Source: an uncultured Acholeplasmataceae bacterium (lineage in GTDB: Bacteria; Bacillota_I; Bacilli_A; ML615J-28; CAG-698). From it: DNA of 64,000 nucleotides. Within the stretch, counting starts at the first letter, position 1. Every line of letters starts with the position of its first letter. Made by a program: the position numbers and the translations under genes. The stretch covers positions 6,804 through 70,803 of the forward strand of contig CAUTZD010000003.1 in the NCBI GenBank assembly GCA_963542825.1, written 5' to 3'. The notes under the pieces are model-generated. The model searched no databases, was not told the origin of the DNA, and saw only the letters and a program-made list of their open reading frames with translations. Positions 39,049 to 47,604 of this stretch are shown here, one piece after another.

Positions 39049-39362
39049 CTAATTTTCTTAATAAGACCTAATAAATCCTCTTTTTTCGCGAGAAATTCAC
39101 TTTCCAGTGCTTTTTCTCTAACCACTATTAGCATTTGATAGCTCGGCATTTGTTTGACTAGAGGGCGTAAAATTTCCTTAACCACCCGCTTCTCATAATT
39201 CCTAATATTAGCCTTACCAAGCTTCTTTGAAACCGAAACTGCAAGTTTAAATCTTTCATGCTTATAGTAATAAACAATATAGTTATCAGAGTAAAGACGT
39301 TTCTTCTTGCCGACAAGTGTGGCAATATCCTCGTTTTTTTTAATGATGTATTCTTTTTCCAA
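39045..39362 (-). CDS. rnpA: Ribonuclease P protein component
   Basis: 105 aa basic protein. Lies between rpmH and yidC. Confidence 0.85.
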   Translation of the reverse strand: MEKEYIIKKNEDIATLVGKKKRLYSDNYIVYYYKHERFKLAVSVSKKLGKANIRNYEKRVVKEILRPLVKQMPSYQMLIVVREKALESEFLAKKEDLLGLIKKIR

Positions 39363-39423
39363 GTTAATACCTCACACAAAATAAAGGACCTTTTGTTTTT
39401 GCAAACAAGAGGTCCACAGATGT

Positions 39424-39573
39424 CTATGCTGTTAGTTCGTATCTTCCTTTTTTCCGGCGACTAGCAATGACGCGTCTTCCACCGACAGTTGCCATCCGGG
39501 CACGAAAACCATGAACTTTGCTTCTTTTTCTTTGGTTAGGTTGGAAAGTACCTTGTGTTGCGCTTGATCCCAT
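39424..39573 (-). CDS. rpmH: 50S ribosomal protein L34
   Basis: Manual translation gives [59 protein letters not shown]. Not present in the ORF track (under 60 aa). Confidence 0.85.
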   Translation of the reverse strand: MGSSATQGTFQPNQRKRSKVHGFRARMATVGGRRVIASRRKKGRYELTA

Positions 39574-39596
39574 TTTTTACACCTCCAATTTAAATT

Positions 39597-39625
39597 ATTT
39601 TACCTTATAAATATCTATAGGTCAA
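39597..39625 (-). promoter_or_regulatory. rpmH promoter (TTGACC-17-TAAAAT)
   Basis: -35 is the complement of 39620-39625. -10 is the complement of 39597-39602. Confidence 0.55.
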
Positions 39626-39632
39626 CTTAAGA

Positions 39633-40682
39633 TTAAGCTAAAGTGTTTGGTAACGATTTAATATCGTAACTAAAACGCAAAATCTTTTGTTCTTCGCCTT
39701 CTGCATTATATACGAGGCGACAATAAATCTTACTATATTTACGAGATTTTAAAACCACGTAGTTATCAGTCTTAACTAAGAAATTTTCACGAGCTTCTTT
39801 TTGTAAAGTGTTAGGACGAAGACCATAAACACCATAAAACGGATCCATTGTCCCGTCTTCACGTTCAAGCCATAACTGATAAGAAATGTGCCGGTTTTTT
39901 TCAATATATTTTTCATTATCAGACAATCTTAAACCAAAATTATAATTATCACGTTCTTCAGCTGTTAAGTGCTTTTCTTTACTTTCTTCAGCTGTCAAGT
40001 GTTTACGGCTAATAAAGAAAGTAAAAATCTTCTCGCCATTTGCTTCTAGGAAATTGTTATTATTATAATCTTCCTTTTTTTCTTTTAAATCGCTGAAATA
40101 AAAGAAATGTTTTTCCGCAAATTGATACTTAACTTCAGTTGGTTCTTTAAACTTCTCTTCGCCTTTATATAAATAGCTAATATAGAAATCCCTAACTTTG
40201 TTAACCCCGAATTTATAAATTTTACCATCTTTCTTCATCGCAATATTGCGGGAAGCATCGGAAGTGTACTTAGAACTTAAACTTCGTTCATAATATGTAA
40301 TGAGTGGAACGATACCAAAATTATCAACTTCAGCATTAATATTTAAATATTTAATGTAGCTACTTTTCCATTCAGACGGTTCGTCTTTTTTTGTCCCTAA
40401 ACGCATATACATAAGATGAGCGATAACATTAACTTCATCGGTTTGGCTGTCACGAGCCAAATCGCCTTTCATATGAAGTTCAATTGAAACGTTTCCTCTA
40501 TTATACAGTTCTGTATTCCAATTAATGTAAATGAGCTTACTTCGCTTTTTGAGTTCGATTCTTGTAATCAAAAAACTAATCAAAGCAACGAGGAAAACAA
40601 AACAAATTCCTCCTAAAATAATCCATAAATAGTTTATCTTTTTAAAATCACGATAGTTTTTCACTTCGGCTTTTTGTGTCAT
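39633..40682 (-). CDS. N-terminally anchored hypothetical protein (349 aa) sitting between rpmH and dnaA
   Basis: A single N-terminal TM (LWIILGGICFVFLVALISFLI) and a largely hydrophilic remainder. Contains a 27-bp tandem duplication (KHLTAEE x2). Confidence 0.5.
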   Translation of the reverse strand: MTQKAEVKNYRDFKKINYLWIILGGICFVFLVALISFLITRIELKKRSKLIYINWNTELYNRGNVSIELHMKGDLARDSQTDEVNVIAHLMYMRLGTKKDEPSEWKSSYIKYLNINAEVDNFGIVPLITYYERSLSSKYTSDASRNIAMKKDGKIYKFGVNKVRDFYISYLYKGEEKFKEPTEVKYQFAEKHFFYFSDLKEKKEDYNNNNFLEANGEKIFTFFISRKHLTAEESKEKHLTAEERDNYNFGLRLSDNEKYIEKNRHISYQLWLEREDGTMDPFYGVYGLRPNTLQKEARENFLVKTDNYVVLKSRKYSKIYCRLVYNAEGEEQKILRFSYDIKSLPNTLA

Positions 40683-40890
40683 ATTTCACCTACCTAATTT
40701 ATAACTTAGGTTTTATTATACTTTAGATTAAGCAAAAATGGGAAGTTTTTTACTTATCAACATGAGGATAAAAAACAAGGTTATGGAATACTTTTTCACC
40801 ATTTTATAATCATTTTATGAATGTGGAAAAGTGGAAAAGTTTTTGATGCAAAGATCTTTCTTTTATGGTATATTAAAACGAGACAAAATA
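40683..40890. other. Probable oriC segment / dnaA control region
   Basis: Gene-strand polarity switches here. DnaA-box-like 9-mers: TTATCAACA around 40757 and tandem TGTGGAAAA/GTGGAAAAG at 40822-40839. A further TTTTCCACA lies just after dnaA at about 42311. Confidence 0.5.
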
Positions 40891-42300
40891 ATGGAATTAA
40901 GTTACTACCAAACCCTTTTTAATCAGATAAAAACCGAGCTTATTAAGGAAAAAGAAAAAGTCGATAAGAACGGTCAAAATATCGAAAGCATGTTTAATAA
41001 TGTTTATGGTATATATAAATATGAAAACGGCGTCGTGTTTGTTGAAGTTACCGATCAAGTAGCTCAATTTCGTTTCGATCGTTTCTTTAAAAATTCCATT
41101 AACGACATCGCTGAAAAGTTAACTGGCGAAAAAATTATCTTTAAATTTATCACTTCCGACGAAGTTATTAAAGAAAAATCTGAAGACATGACGTTTTTAA
41201 CTCCTGAAAAAAGCGATAAAATACGGGGTGAACGGCGTCTTCGTGCTGAGTTCACGTTTGAGATGTTTGTTGTTGGTGAAGCTAACCGGTTTGCTTATAT
41301 TAATGCTTTGCAAGTTGCCCAAAATCCTAATTCAACATTAAATCCTCTATATATATTTGGAAACGTTGGTCTTGGAAAAACCCACCTCATGATGGCAATT
41401 GGTAATTATATCCTCGAAAACAACATGCAAACAAACATCATTTATACAACAGCTCAACAGTTTGCGGAGAATTTCTTTTTTTATACTAACGACCGCGAAG
41501 GTAAACAAAAGATTGAGTCTTTCTATAATTATTATAATAGTGCCGATATTTTACTTGTTGATGATATCCAGTATCTTGAAGGAAAAAATAAAACCCAAGA
41601 CGAATTTTTTAAGATTTTCGACCGTTTATACGAAAATAGTAAGCAAATAATTGTAACAAGTGATCGAAAAGCGAACGATTTAAAACTTATGGATCGCTTA
41701 AAAAGTCGGTTTAGCTGGGGTTTAGAAGTTAATATTAATTATCCAGATCAAAATTTACGTGAAAAGATTGTTTATAGTAAACTTTCGACCTTAATTCAGA
41801 ACCCAAAAGACGTCCCTGAAGAAGTAGTAGTTAAAATCGCAAGTCTTTTTACTTCTAATATCCGTGAGCTTGAAGGAGCAACGAGACGCTTTATCACTTA
41901 TTGTGTAGGCCTTGATTTGCCGTTTACTATCGAAAACGCTGAAATCGCTTTAAAAGATATTTTAGCGACAAATAATAATGAGAAAGAAAATTATTATCTA
42001 AGTGAAACTAACGATTTAAAAAAGGTAATTAGTGAATATTTTAAACTCCCAATTAGCGATCTTGAGTCTTCGACACGCAAAAGCGCTGTTGTTTATGCTC
42101 GCAATATCTGTTTCTACTTAATTAGAGAGTATTTTAAGGTTCCTTTAAAGGAAATTGGATCGTTTTTTGGTAACCGCGACCATGCTACAGTTGCACATGG
42201 CATCGAAAAAATAGCATCAGAGATGAAAACAAATCATAATATTAAAAATGATATATCTTATTTGACGAAAAAGGCAAATATTTCTCGGAAAAATGGTTAG
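40891..42300 (+). CDS. dnaA: Chromosomal replication initiator DnaA
   Basis: AAA+ motifs (GNVGLGKTHL, LLVDDIQ) and a C-terminal DNA-binding domain. The start was moved to the internal ATG at 40891 (MELSYYQTLFNQIK). Confidence 0.95.
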   Translation: MELSYYQTLFNQIKTELIKEKEKVDKNGQNIESMFNNVYGIYKYENGVVFVEVTDQVAQFRFDRFFKNSINDIAEKLTGEKIIFKFITSDEVIKEKSEDMTFLTPEKSDKIRGERRLRAEFTFEMFVVGEANRFAYINALQVAQNPNSTLNPLYIFGNVGLGKTHLMMAIGNYILENNMQTNIIYTTAQQFAENFFFYTNDREGKQKIESFYNYYNSADILLVDDIQYLEGKNKTQDEFFKIFDRLYENSKQIIVTSDRKANDLKLMDRLKSRFSWGLEVNINYPDQNLREKIVYSKLSTLIQNPKDVPEEVVVKIASLFTSNIRELEGATRRFITYCVGLDLPFTIENAEIALKDILATNNNEKENYYLSETNDLKKVISEYFKLPISDLESSTRKSAVVYARNICFYLIREYFKVPLKEIGSFFGNRDHATVAHGIEKIASEMKTNHNIKNDISYLTKKANISRKNG

Positions 42301-42374
42301 TTATTAACTTTTCCACACTCATAATAATAAAAGTAATTTTATTATTCAAATTAATAAACAAAAAGGCTTTAAAA

Positions 42375-43502
42375 ATGAAATTTAAAATTAAAACTTCTTA
42401 TCTTTTAAATAATTTAATACCTGTATCTAAAGCTGTATCAAGGAACATTCAAATGCCGGTGCTCACTGGCATTAAGTTTGATGTAAAAAAAGATACAGTC
42501 GTCCTTTCAGCGACCAATAACAGCGAGCTTTCGATTCAGGCAAAACTTCAAGCAAACGAGGATTTAATAATCGAAGAAACAGGAACAACGGTAATATCAG
42601 CTAATGTGTTATTAAACCTTATTAAGAAAATCGAAGAGAAATGGTTAAATTTTAGTTTATTTGAAGAAAAAACACTCAAAATTTACAACGAAAAAGGTAA
42701 TTATAGTATTAATCAGTTTGATCCTGAGTATTTTCCTAATATTTCTTTTATAGCTTCTGATAAAAAACTCAGTTTATCAACAGTCGTTTTTAAAGATATT
42801 ATCAAAAAAGCAACAATTGCTGCTAGTGAAAGACTCGGTGATGGTGTTTTGACTGGTGTTAATTTAACTATTGATAATAAAAAAGTAATCTTTTCAGCAA
42901 CAGATAGTTACCGATTATCGCGAAAAATTATCGACCAAACTGATGAATTTGAAGATGTTAGTGTCGTAATACCTGCAAAATCCTTAGAAGAAGTAGGAAG
43001 GATCTTAGAAGATGAGAAAGGAAAGGTTGAATTATTCTTCAAACCTTCAAACGTTATCATTAAATATAAGAATATTCACATAAAACTAACAGTTATTGAA
43101 GGTAAATATCCTAAAACTGATGTTTTTATTCCTAAAAAATACACAAACGGTTTTGTTGTTAGACGATCAGACTTATTAGCAACGATTGAGCGAATGAATA
43201 TTTTTATTGAATCTGATAGTTCTAAGATGATAAAAATCCAGTTAAATAACCAAAAAGTTCTTGAATTTAACTCTTCAACAACAGAAACCGGAGGGGCACA
43301 AGAAAAGCTTGAACCGATAGAAGTTGATAATGACACGCCATTTATTGTTGCTTTCAGTGCTAAATACTTTCATGAAGCGATAAAAATCTTCGATGGTGAA
43401 CTAATTAGCCTCAAATACACAGGCGAAGTTAAGCCTTTTGTCTTCACATCTGAAGGTGATGAGAATTTTATTCATTTGGTTTTACCAATGCGGCGTCCAT
43501 AA
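42375..43502 (+). CDS. dnaN: DNA polymerase III beta subunit (sliding clamp)
   Basis: 375 aa with three-domain clamp architecture. Sits immediately after dnaA. Confidence 0.9.
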   Translation: MKFKIKTSYLLNNLIPVSKAVSRNIQMPVLTGIKFDVKKDTVVLSATNNSELSIQAKLQANEDLIIEETGTTVISANVLLNLIKKIEEKWLNFSLFEEKTLKIYNEKGNYSINQFDPEYFPNISFIASDKKLSLSTVVFKDIIKKATIAASERLGDGVLTGVNLTIDNKKVIFSATDSYRLSRKIIDQTDEFEDVSVVIPAKSLEEVGRILEDEKGKVELFFKPSNVIIKYKNIHIKLTVIEGKYPKTDVFIPKKYTNGFVVRRSDLLATIERMNIFIESDSSKMIKIQLNNQKVLEFNSSTTETGGAQEKLEPIEVDNDTPFIVAFSAKYFHEAIKIFDGELISLKYTGEVKPFVFTSEGDENFIHLVLPMRRP

Positions 43503-43507
43503 TTAAA

Positions 43508-43533
43508 AAAAGAAGGATTTTTCCTTCTTTTTT
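43508..43533. terminator. Bidirectional terminator between dnaN and the convergent ParA-like gene
   Basis: AAAGAAGGA-ttttt-CCTTCTTTTTTT. Confidence 0.65.
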
Positions 43534-43535
43534 TA

Positions 43536-44345
43536 TTACTTAACAACATTTTTATTTGGTTTAAATTTAAAACGACTGTAAATATCTTCTAAATCTTTCT
43601 TTAATTCTTCAAACATGCTTTTATCATAAGGTTTTAAAGGGAGATTATCATCATAAACACTCCATCCTTCTGATTGAATGTTTTTAATTATCGATTTATC
43701 ACGTAAAGCTGGTAATAAAACTGCTTTTTTCGTGAAATCTTTAACTTGCTGTTCCAAATGTTCTAAGGAAACTTGTGGAGCTCGTTTGTTTTTAGCGTAT
43801 CCATTAGGAACAACATACTTTACTTTGTCTAAATCGAGGTCTTTATCCACAAAATACTGGATAGTGTTAAAGAATCCATCAATTCCTAGACTATCAAGAC
43901 CAACAACAACAATGATTTCATCACTTATTTCTAATAAAACTTCAGTTAAACGGCAGCCAGAAGGTGGAAAATCAATAAAAACATAATCAAAACCATTAGC
44001 ATATTCCTTAACCGCTTCAATAACTTTCTTTTCGTAAGGTCTATTTAATGTTATTTGCATAGAAATCTGATCTGTATTGAGAGTTTTAATTAAATATAGG
44101 TCTTCACGAGCTTCAATTAGGATGTCTCCTTCATATTTATCACCAGTTAATAGGTGTTCAAAGAAATTATCGACGTTTTCGTCGATCTTTTTTTCAACTC
44201 CAAAGACTTTAAAGACACTATTTTGGTCATCTGAACTTAAAATTAGTACAGTATTTCCTTTTTTAGCGAAATAATGAGCTAAATAACTAAGAATTGTGGT
44301 CTTTCCGACCCCGCCTTTTCGGCAATAAGCAGATATAATTGGCAT
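43536..44345 (-). CDS. ParA/MinD-family (Soj-like, short type-Ib-like) P-loop ATPase
   Basis: Deviant Walker A CRKGGVGKTT, A-prime ILSSDDQ, Walker B YVFIDFPPS. 269 aa with no N-terminal HTH. Confidence 0.8.
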   Translation of the reverse strand: MPIISAYCRKGGVGKTTILSYLAHYFAKKGNTVLILSSDDQNSVFKVFGVEKKIDENVDNFFEHLLTGDKYEGDILIEAREDLYLIKTLNTDQISMQITLNRPYEKKVIEAVKEYANGFDYVFIDFPPSGCRLTEVLLEISDEIIVVVGLDSLGIDGFFNTIQYFVDKDLDLDKVKYVVPNGYAKNKRAPQVSLEHLEQQVKDFTKKAVLLPALRDKSIIKNIQSEGWSVYDDNLPLKPYDKSMFEELKKDLEDIYSRFKFKPNKNVVK

Positions 44346-44347
44346 AA

Positions 44348-44674
44348 TTAGCGTCCTTCTCTATCTAATTTCTCACGACAAGCTTCTTCTATGTAGTCAG
44401 AAATCTGTAAACCATAGGTTGCAGCAGCAATTTTGAGCCTTCTTCGTAGGTTTACGTTCATAGTTGCGGTGTATTTTTCCCGAATTTCTCCACTATCCTT
44501 TATAGGTTTTGTAGCTTTAACGGGTTTTGGTTCAGGATTTTCGACCTTTTGTGTGAAAAAAGGCGGGTCTTGCTCGATTTTTTCGGGTGTAACAGCCGTT
44601 TTTTCGATCGTTTTTTGGATTTCATTCTCCATTGGGTTTGATCTTTTCTTAAATGGTAGGGGTTTATTAGCCAT
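44348..44674 (-). CDS. Small ribbon-helix-helix (ParG/CopG-like) DNA-binding protein with a disordered K/P-rich N-terminus
   Basis: C-terminal 40 aa YTATMNVNLRRRLKIAAATYGLQISDYIEEACREKL matches the beta-strand/helix/helix RHH pattern. Stop is 2 nt before the ParA ATG. RBS AGGAGG. Confidence 0.55.
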   Translation of the reverse strand: MANKPLPFKKRSNPMENEIQKTIEKTAVTPEKIEQDPPFFTQKVENPEPKPVKATKPIKDSGEIREKYTATMNVNLRRRLKIAAATYGLQISDYIEEACREKLDREGR

Positions 44675-44734
44675 TTTTTTGCCTCCTTTTTTAGGTTAAT
44701 AAAATTTTGATCATTTTTCTTTAAAATGCGTATA

Positions 44735-44826
44735 TATACATAAAACCATATTTACGTATATGTTCTTATACATAAATAAATATATAAATATATACATATT
44801 TACATTTATACATAAAACCATATTTA
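44735..44826. repeat. Two exact 20-bp direct repeats TATACATAAAACCATATTTA (44735-44754 and 44807-44826) immediately upstream of the RHH gene
   Basis: Read directly from the sequence. Related inverted TATGTATA / AAATAAAACCACTTTTATTTA copies occur at 45090-45165. Confidence 0.7.
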
Positions 44827-45169
44827 TTTTTTGATTCTAAAGCGCCTATTTTTTCAAAAAACAAAGTAAATTTTTGCAATTTTTGTGTTTTGATCAACAG
44901 ATTTTGGGTATTTCATCGGAAAATATCTTCTGATTTTAAAAATTAGCCCGAAAATCGCTTTTTAAATCGCTTTTTTCGCCAGTGTAAGAAAATTACTCAG
45001 GTTTGAGGCTAAAAATTATCACAGAGCCCGAAAGAAAGTTTGAATTTTTTGCAAACAGCTGTTAAAAGAAGATTTTTTGTTTTATTTACATAAATATGTA
45101 TTTATGTATTTATTGTTTTATGTATATAAATAAAACCACTTTTATTTATTTACACATAGCCATAATACC

Positions 45170-46270
45170 ATAAAAAAATACCCTGTCAACAGTTAATTTT
45201 TGGTGGTTATTTTAAGATCATAAACAAGAGGTTAAAAAAGTACCTAAAAAATGGATAAAAAAGCCCGTTTTTAAGCATTATTAAGCAAAAACAAGCAAGA
45301 ATCGGCTTATTTAATAAGAATTTTCTCAAAAATTAACAGTTCTTAAAAATACTCTTCCTTATATATATACAAAAAAGGCACAAAAAAGTTAAAATGCCGC
45401 TTTTTTGTGTTTTTTAGCTCTAAAACAACCAAAAAATATGAAAAAACATAGCTTTTTACCCGTTTTAAGGCTGTGTTTGCCCCTTTTTACTGGTTAAAAT
45501 CAATTTAAAATATAAAAAATGCTGTTTTTTATTAAAAAATCTCTCTTTTTTAGCAGAAAACCATCGAAAAAACAGGCGAAAAGTAGTTAAAATACGATTT
45601 TTATCACTAAAAACACAAAAATTGCAGAAAAAATACGACAAAATCATCATATTTTTGCCTAAAAACGATCTTTTTTATGTTAAAAAAAGGAAAAATAATA
45701 AGAAATGCCTAAAAAGCAGGTATAAAACACAAAAAAAGATGCGAAAATTTAGCAAAAACAAGCGTTTTTTTGTTAAAAAATGGCCAAAAGAGCAAGAAAG
45801 CAGCTGTTTTTAGATCTAAATAACAAAAAACGCCCAAATTTACGCAAAAATCCAGTAAAAAAGTAGCTGGATTAACTTGAAAAAGTTTAAGAAAACCAAA
45901 ATCATTAACCAGTAACTAATTTTTTAAGTGTTTTTGACTAAAAAATCCAAGAAAAGTACATAAAATCATCAAAAAACACTGGATAAAGTATAAGCAATTG
46001 GATTTTAAGAAGAAAATGCTGTTTTAAACACCAAAAAAGCTTAAAAAAGAGGATAAAAAGTGTAAAAATGTTAATAAGTTGTGGAAAACTAGCTACTTTT
46101 TAGTATGTTTTAATAATATTAAAAAATACGCCCCAAAAAATCCAAAAAATTGCTGATTTTTGAGAGAATTTATGGTAAAAAACAGCCACAGAAAACCATT
46201 TTTTATTAAAAATGAGGAAAACTTTCAAAAACTAACGTTTTAAGGCTTAAAATCACATATTTTTATGGAA
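45170..46270. repeat. 1.1-kb gene-free array of helically phased A-tracts (degenerate 21-bp period), strongly A-rich on the plus strand
   Basis: A4-A7 runs recur every 10-11 bp, for example starting at 45557, 45567, 45579, 45589, 45608, 45617, 45628, 45640, 45661, 45682, 45691. There are recurrent words AAAAAATACG(A/C)C, GAAAATGCTGTTTT and GAAAACCA. One DnaA-box-like TGTGGAAAA lies at 46081-46089. Only low-complexity K-rich ORFs are present. Confidence 0.6.
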
Positions 46271-46325
46271 AAAAGTGAAGATTTATAGTAATATGATATA
46301 TATAAGGAAGAAAAGGACCAGAGGA

Positions 46326-46535
46326 ATGAAAGAAATAAAAATAACTACTGAATACATTACTTTAGGTCAATTTCTAAAGTTTTCTGGTGTCATTTTAAAT
46401 GGTGGCGAAGCGAAAAATTTTATTGCCAATAGCACAATAAAAGTCAACGACCAAATCGTAAAAGAACGCGGGAAAAAGCTGAGAAATGGTGATTTGATAG
46501 AAATCCATAAGGAAAAATATGTCATCAGAAACTAA
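46326..46535 (+). CDS. yaaA: S4-domain RNA-binding protein YaaA
   Basis: MKEIKITTEYITLGQFLKFSGVILNGGEAKNFI... (69 aa). In the B. subtilis-like dnaN-yaaA-recF position. The start was moved to the internal ATG with an AGAGGA RBS. Confidence 0.7.
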   Translation: MKEIKITTEYITLGQFLKFSGVILNGGEAKNFIANSTIKVNDQIVKERGKKLRNGDLIEIHKEKYVIRN

Positions 46536-46536
46536 G

Positions 46537-47604
46537 ATGTATCTAAAATCTGCGAAAATTGTTAATTTTCGTAATTATTTTGATAAAACATTCGATTTTT
46601 CACCTAAAATGAACATAATTGTTGGCGAGAACGCCGTTGGGAAATCGAATTTAGCTGATGCAATCAGCGTTTTAGCTTCTGCCAAGAGCTTTAGATCAAT
46701 AAAAGACCCGTTTTTATTAAAGAAAGAAATGCCTTTTTATCGTTTAGAAGGCCATTTTTTAAGAAATGGATTAGAATCTAAAAGAATTGTTATGTTTGAT
46801 GGCGAAAAAAGGATTCAAAAAGTTAATGATAACTTGTTAAAAACTAGTGAATATCTTGGAGAAATAATTCCCGTTGCTTTTACCGCTGATGATTTGTTAA
46901 TAATTAAGGGAAGTCCAAGTGAAAGAAGGCGGTTTTTAGATTTAATTTTGTGTCAAATTGACAAGGAATACCTGAAAAACCTCGTTCACTACCAAAAAAC
47001 TCTTAAAGAGCGCAATATTTTTCTGAAAAACCCCGGAAAATCACCATATAATCGTTCTTTTCTTGTGAGTTTGACAAAATACTTGCTTACAACCGCAAAG
47101 CCTATAATCGAGAAAAGAAAGGTCTTCATTAGTGAGTTAAACGAGGAAATTAAGCCGTTTTTACAGGATTTAGCTATCGATCAAGACATTTTTCTTGAAT
47201 ACTTACCAAATATCGTAGGAGAAAACCTAGAAAATTATCTAGAAACGTTGATTCAGGCAGACATTTTAGCGAAAAAAACGACCTTTGGTATTACAAGAGA
47301 CGAGCTTAAAATTGCGGACGCTAAAGGTCTTGTTATGAATGTTGCTAGTCAAGGGCAAATTCGGGCAGTTGCTTTGGGATTAAAACTGGCAGCTGCGAAG
47401 ATTTTAGAGAAGAAAAACTATGAAATTATTATCATTTTAGATGATGTTTTGAGTGAACTTGATAAGGTTCGCCAGGACAATGTTCTGAAACTTATTCCAA
47501 AAAACGTGCAAACATTTATTACAACAACATCTACTAATGAAATAAATGATGAAATACTTAAAAATAGCCATCTAATATATATCGAAAGAGAGGAAAACAA
47601 ATGA
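46537..47604 (+). CDS. recF: DNA replication and repair protein RecF
   Basis: [14 protein letters not shown]..., Walker [11 protein letters not shown]-terminal signature region. Start at the ATG 1 nt after the yaaA stop. Confidence 0.9.
   Translation: MYLKSAKIVNFRNYFDKTFDFSPKMNIIVGENAVGKSNLADAISVLASAKSFRSIKDPFLLKKEMPFYRLEGHFLRNGLESKRIVMFDGEKRIQKVNDNLLKTSEYLGEIIPVAFTADDLLIIKGSPSERRRFLDLILCQIDKEYLKNLVHYQKTLKERNIFLKNPGKSPYNRSFLVSLTKYLLTTAKPIIEKRKVFISELNEEIKPFLQDLAIDQDIFLEYLPNIVGENLENYLETLIQADILAKKTTFGITRDELKIADAKGLVMNVASQGQIRAVALGLKLAAAKILEKKNYEIIIILDDVLSELDKVRQDNVLKLIPKNVQTFITTTSTNEINDEILKNSHLIYIEREENK

Noticed and set aside
40831-40890. Upstream extension of dnaA (MEKFLMQRSFFYGILKRDKI)
   Set aside because: It begins at a GTG within DnaA-box-like repeats. 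The conserved DnaA N-terminus starts at MELSYYQTLF (40891).
45465-45813. ORFs 45465-45650 (-) and 45622-45813 (+) in the gene-free block
   Set aside because: The translations are K/F-rich low-complexity products of A/T homopolymer runs. There is no RBS and they overlap each other.
44700-46270. CRISPR array or tRNA/tmRNA/RNase P RNA in the non-coding block
   Set aside because: The repeats are degenerate and lack fixed-length spacers. No GGTTCGA-type T-arm, tmRNA tag region or P4 helix motifs were seen. The region is too A-rich for a structured RNA.
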